Shown here piece after piece: positions 47,176-49,855 of a stretch of 49,855 bases of DNA. Position 1 is the stretch's first letter. Each line of letters opens with the position of its first letter. The translations under genes and the position numbers were made by a program. The stretch is from Octopus bimaculoides (lineage: Eukaryota), in contig NC_068998.1 in the NCBI RefSeq assembly GCF_001194135.2, positions 18,328,888 through 18,378,742 on the forward strand. The letters run 5' to 3'. The notes beneath the pieces are model-generated. The model worked only from the letters and a program-made list of their open reading frames with translations. It had not been told where the DNA came from and ran no database searches.

Positions 47176-47620
47176 ACACATCAAATCCAATAGCTTTTCT
47201 CTGAAGCTACTGGATTTGATGTGTATATAAAAGGATTGGTTACTTGTTTCTCTGAGATTGGTCAAGTGATGCAGATACTTCTGATGAGACTCCAGTAAGG
47301 GTCGAAAATCAATTAAGGTCAGCCATCATTTCTTTCAATCTATGGAGAAATATGTAAGTTGGATATGTGCGTATGTCTACTACATAGGTTTACATATATT
47401 ATACCATACTTTGATATTGTATAGATTGGTTTCTCCATTGACAGGCCTCTGATATTAAATAAAGTGATATACACTTATAGTATGCAAATTAGTAGCTCCA
47501 ATTCTCTGAAACTACTGGACATGTTGTGCATATAAACAGATTGGCCACTTGTTCACTGAGGTTGTTCTCTGATGAGATTCAAACTCAATTTAGGTTGGTC
47601 ATCATTTTTTTCAATCAATG
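47176..47620 (+). mobile_element. Penelope-like tandem terminal repeats with hammerhead motifs
   Basis: Two related units (about 47176-47345 and 47485-47620), each with a hairpin or its remnant, a TATA-like box and a CTGATGAG core. Confidence 0.6.
47277..47319 (+). ncRNA. Minimal hammerhead ribozyme motif
   Basis: ACTT-CTGATGA-GACTC-cagtaa-GGGTC-GAAA-ATCAAT-TA-AGGT: intact core, 5-bp stem II and 4-bp stem I. Confidence 0.7.
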
Positions 47621-47860
47621 GCTATATTTTAACCTTTTTTATTACCATGTTTCTGTTGAAATACACCACTTTTGTTTCAGTTAACTCAAAAAGTAGTGAA
47701 AAATTTACTAAAGTAACTTTGTTATTATTAAACTGGTGTTTGGAACATAAATCAACATGAAATTTTGAAAGGAAGTTTTAATTTAAATACTTTAAAATAG
47801 GAAATTTGTATCATAGAACCAGGGGTGGTCTCAGGCAGGTTGGTGTCAAAATGGTTAAAC

Positions 47861-48692
47861 ACATTTTCACTAACTTCTTTTATCAGGATTAAGATAGGAA
47901 CAGGACATTGTGTTATTAGAGAGCAGAACTATAACTGATATCCCAAGGTCCAATACAATTTTGATATACAGGTCTGTGGCAGGAATATTTGACAGTTGCA
48001 ATACACTTAGAAATCAAAGCTGGATCATTATCCAGTGCAAAAAAAAACAAAACAATTAACTAATACAAACGCAATTTACTCAAATACTTCAGATGTCACC
48101 AAAACATTAACCATTCAAAACTTCTGATGGAACAGGATTCAAATTTTTGGTGCATTTTTGTGACAAAAACATTCTTTACATGTTTAGTGCATTTTAACCA
48201 CTAGCTGGCAGATAACAGCAGAGAACCAGAAAGTAGACCAAAACAGTGTCTACTGTAGCGAGGCAATGGTCAATGACAACATTTTCACTAACATCTTTAT
48301 CAGGATTAAAATAGGAACAGGACATTGTGTTATTAGAGAGCAAAAGTACAACTGATAGTGCCTCAAAATCCAATATAATTTTGATATATGAGTCTGCAGC
48401 AGGAATATTAGACAGTCACAATACACTTAGAAATCAAAGCTGGATCATTATCCAGTGCAAAAAAACAATTAACTAATACAAACGCAATTTACTCAAATAT
48501 TTCAGATGTCACCAAAACATTAACCACTTTAAACTTCTGATGGAACAAGATTAAATTTTTGGTGCATTTTTTCTGTCAATAACATTGTCTATATATTTAG
48601 TGCATTTTAACCACTGGCTGGCAGATAGCAGCAGAGAACCAGAAAGTAGACCAGAACAGTACTGCAACAGCAAAACAATGGTCAATGACAAC
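47861..48692. repeat. Tandem duplication of non-repetitive sequence, period 418 bp
   Basis: 47861-48278 aligns end to end with 48279-48692. Confidence 0.95.
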
Positions 48693-49134
48693 AGCAACAA
48701 TGATGGTGGTGATGGTGGCAGTGACACCCACTAACCAGCTAACTCCAAGAAACACACAGTGGTGACTACTATCATACTTGATCCTACAAAATCCGATATA
48801 AACTATGAAACATCTTACTTGTGTAAACATCTTTTCTTTGTCGTTCATAGTAATGACAACATTCAATTGTTAATGATACGAATAAATATTTTTTGCATTT
48901 AAAATCTCAACAGAATCTGCGTTTATTTGATTCATATCAGCTCAATATCAAATTGTAACACCATTCACGTAAACTCTGAGAAACTTCTTATCATTACAAG
49001 TCCTTGCCTTCTTAAGTAATTTCTATAAAAATAAAAGTAAGACAAGAAAGACTAATCCACATAAATACATAAGAAGCTGAATGAGATCATATAAGACAAT
49101 TTGGGTAGTAAACAATGGCACAAAATTTGCCACC

Positions 49135-49490
49135 ATCAGATCAAAATGGTTTGTTTTGGCTTGGTTTCTACAGATAGATGCCCTTCCCACGCTAACCATT
49201 TTACAGAGTGTATTGGGTGCTTTTTATGAGACACCATCATCAGTGCTTTTTACACAGCACCAGCACCTATACCACTGTTTTTACATGGCACCTTGGTTTT
49301 GGGATCTCAATTCTGTTATGGTGGACAGGTCTTCTCAAGTACAACAATGTGCCACATATATTGGTCCTCTGTTATCTCCTTGGTAAGGCTCAGCATTTTG
49401 AGATCGGCCTTCAATACTTCATTCCATGTCTTCCTGGGTCTCAATGTTCCACAACTTCCCTCCACTTTAAGTGATCTGCATAAGGTATTA
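49135..49490 (-). mobile_element. RTE LINE ORF2 C-terminus contiguous with the family C 3' UTR
   Basis: CRSLKVEGSCGTLRPRKTWNEVLKADLKMLSLTKEITEDQYMWHIVVLEKT is followed downstream by aaaagcacccaatacactctgtaaaatggttagcgtgggaagggcatc. Confidence 0.85.
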
Positions 49491-49855
49491 AAATCAAATA
49501 TCACAATTGACAGAAAATACCAACGACGGTGTCACATATTTTAAGCATAGAGAGATAAGGTGATGGCCACCACTTCCTCTATCTGTGCACTTGTGTGCAT
49601 GACACATGTTCAATAATGCATAGAAATTTTCCTTTCCTAATTGTAAAATAAAGAGAGGAAAAAATGTGCACATAGTAAGTTTTCAAGATGAAATTGAACT
49701 TTTTTTTAAATGAAGAAATTTAAGTGATGATTTCTTGCATGGATGAGTACACACTTTGTAAAGAAAGAGAAACTTTATACACTATGCAAACAGATATCTT
49801 ACAGATGGATGCTCTTCCTGTCCTCAAACCTTACCTGTTATATATATATATATAT

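Noticed and set aside
48597-48866. 89-aa hydrophobic minus-strand ORF
   Set aside because: The hydrophobic stretch comes from CAA/GGT-type repeats, and the frame is not preserved in the other copy of the duplication.

Overview
AT-rich, CpG-poor eukaryotic DNA from a gapped draft assembly, with five N-gaps, each touching a microsatellite. The repeat repertoire looks like an octopus genome, probably an Octopus bimaculoides-type scaffold; this is recognition-based inference, not a database result. No host protein-coding gene, rRNA, true tRNA or CRISPR array can be supported, and almost all supplied ORFs are translations of microsatellites or repeats. The window is a dense transposon graveyard: several tRNA-derived SINE families (labelled A, B, E and OR-like here), 5'-truncated RTE LINEs with three different tandem-repeat tails, R4/Dong, Hero and L2/CR1 relics, 5' halves of mariner and Tigger transposons, piggyBac-like and Tc1-like MITEs, and a Helitron-like N-terminal repeat relic. 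The most interesting signal is a set of minimal hammerhead ribozyme motifs. One lies in a 223-bp tRNA-headed insertion with an 11-bp target-site duplication (20878-21100), one pair lies in tandem Penelope-like repeats (47176-47620), and one decayed copy is at 3558. Other items worth checking are an RTE copy with an internal inversion, a 418-bp tandem duplication with mosaic divergence, a CpG-dense motif cassette, and two unassigned coding-like relics. Repeat boundaries were read by eye and are approximate unless anchored by a stated motif.
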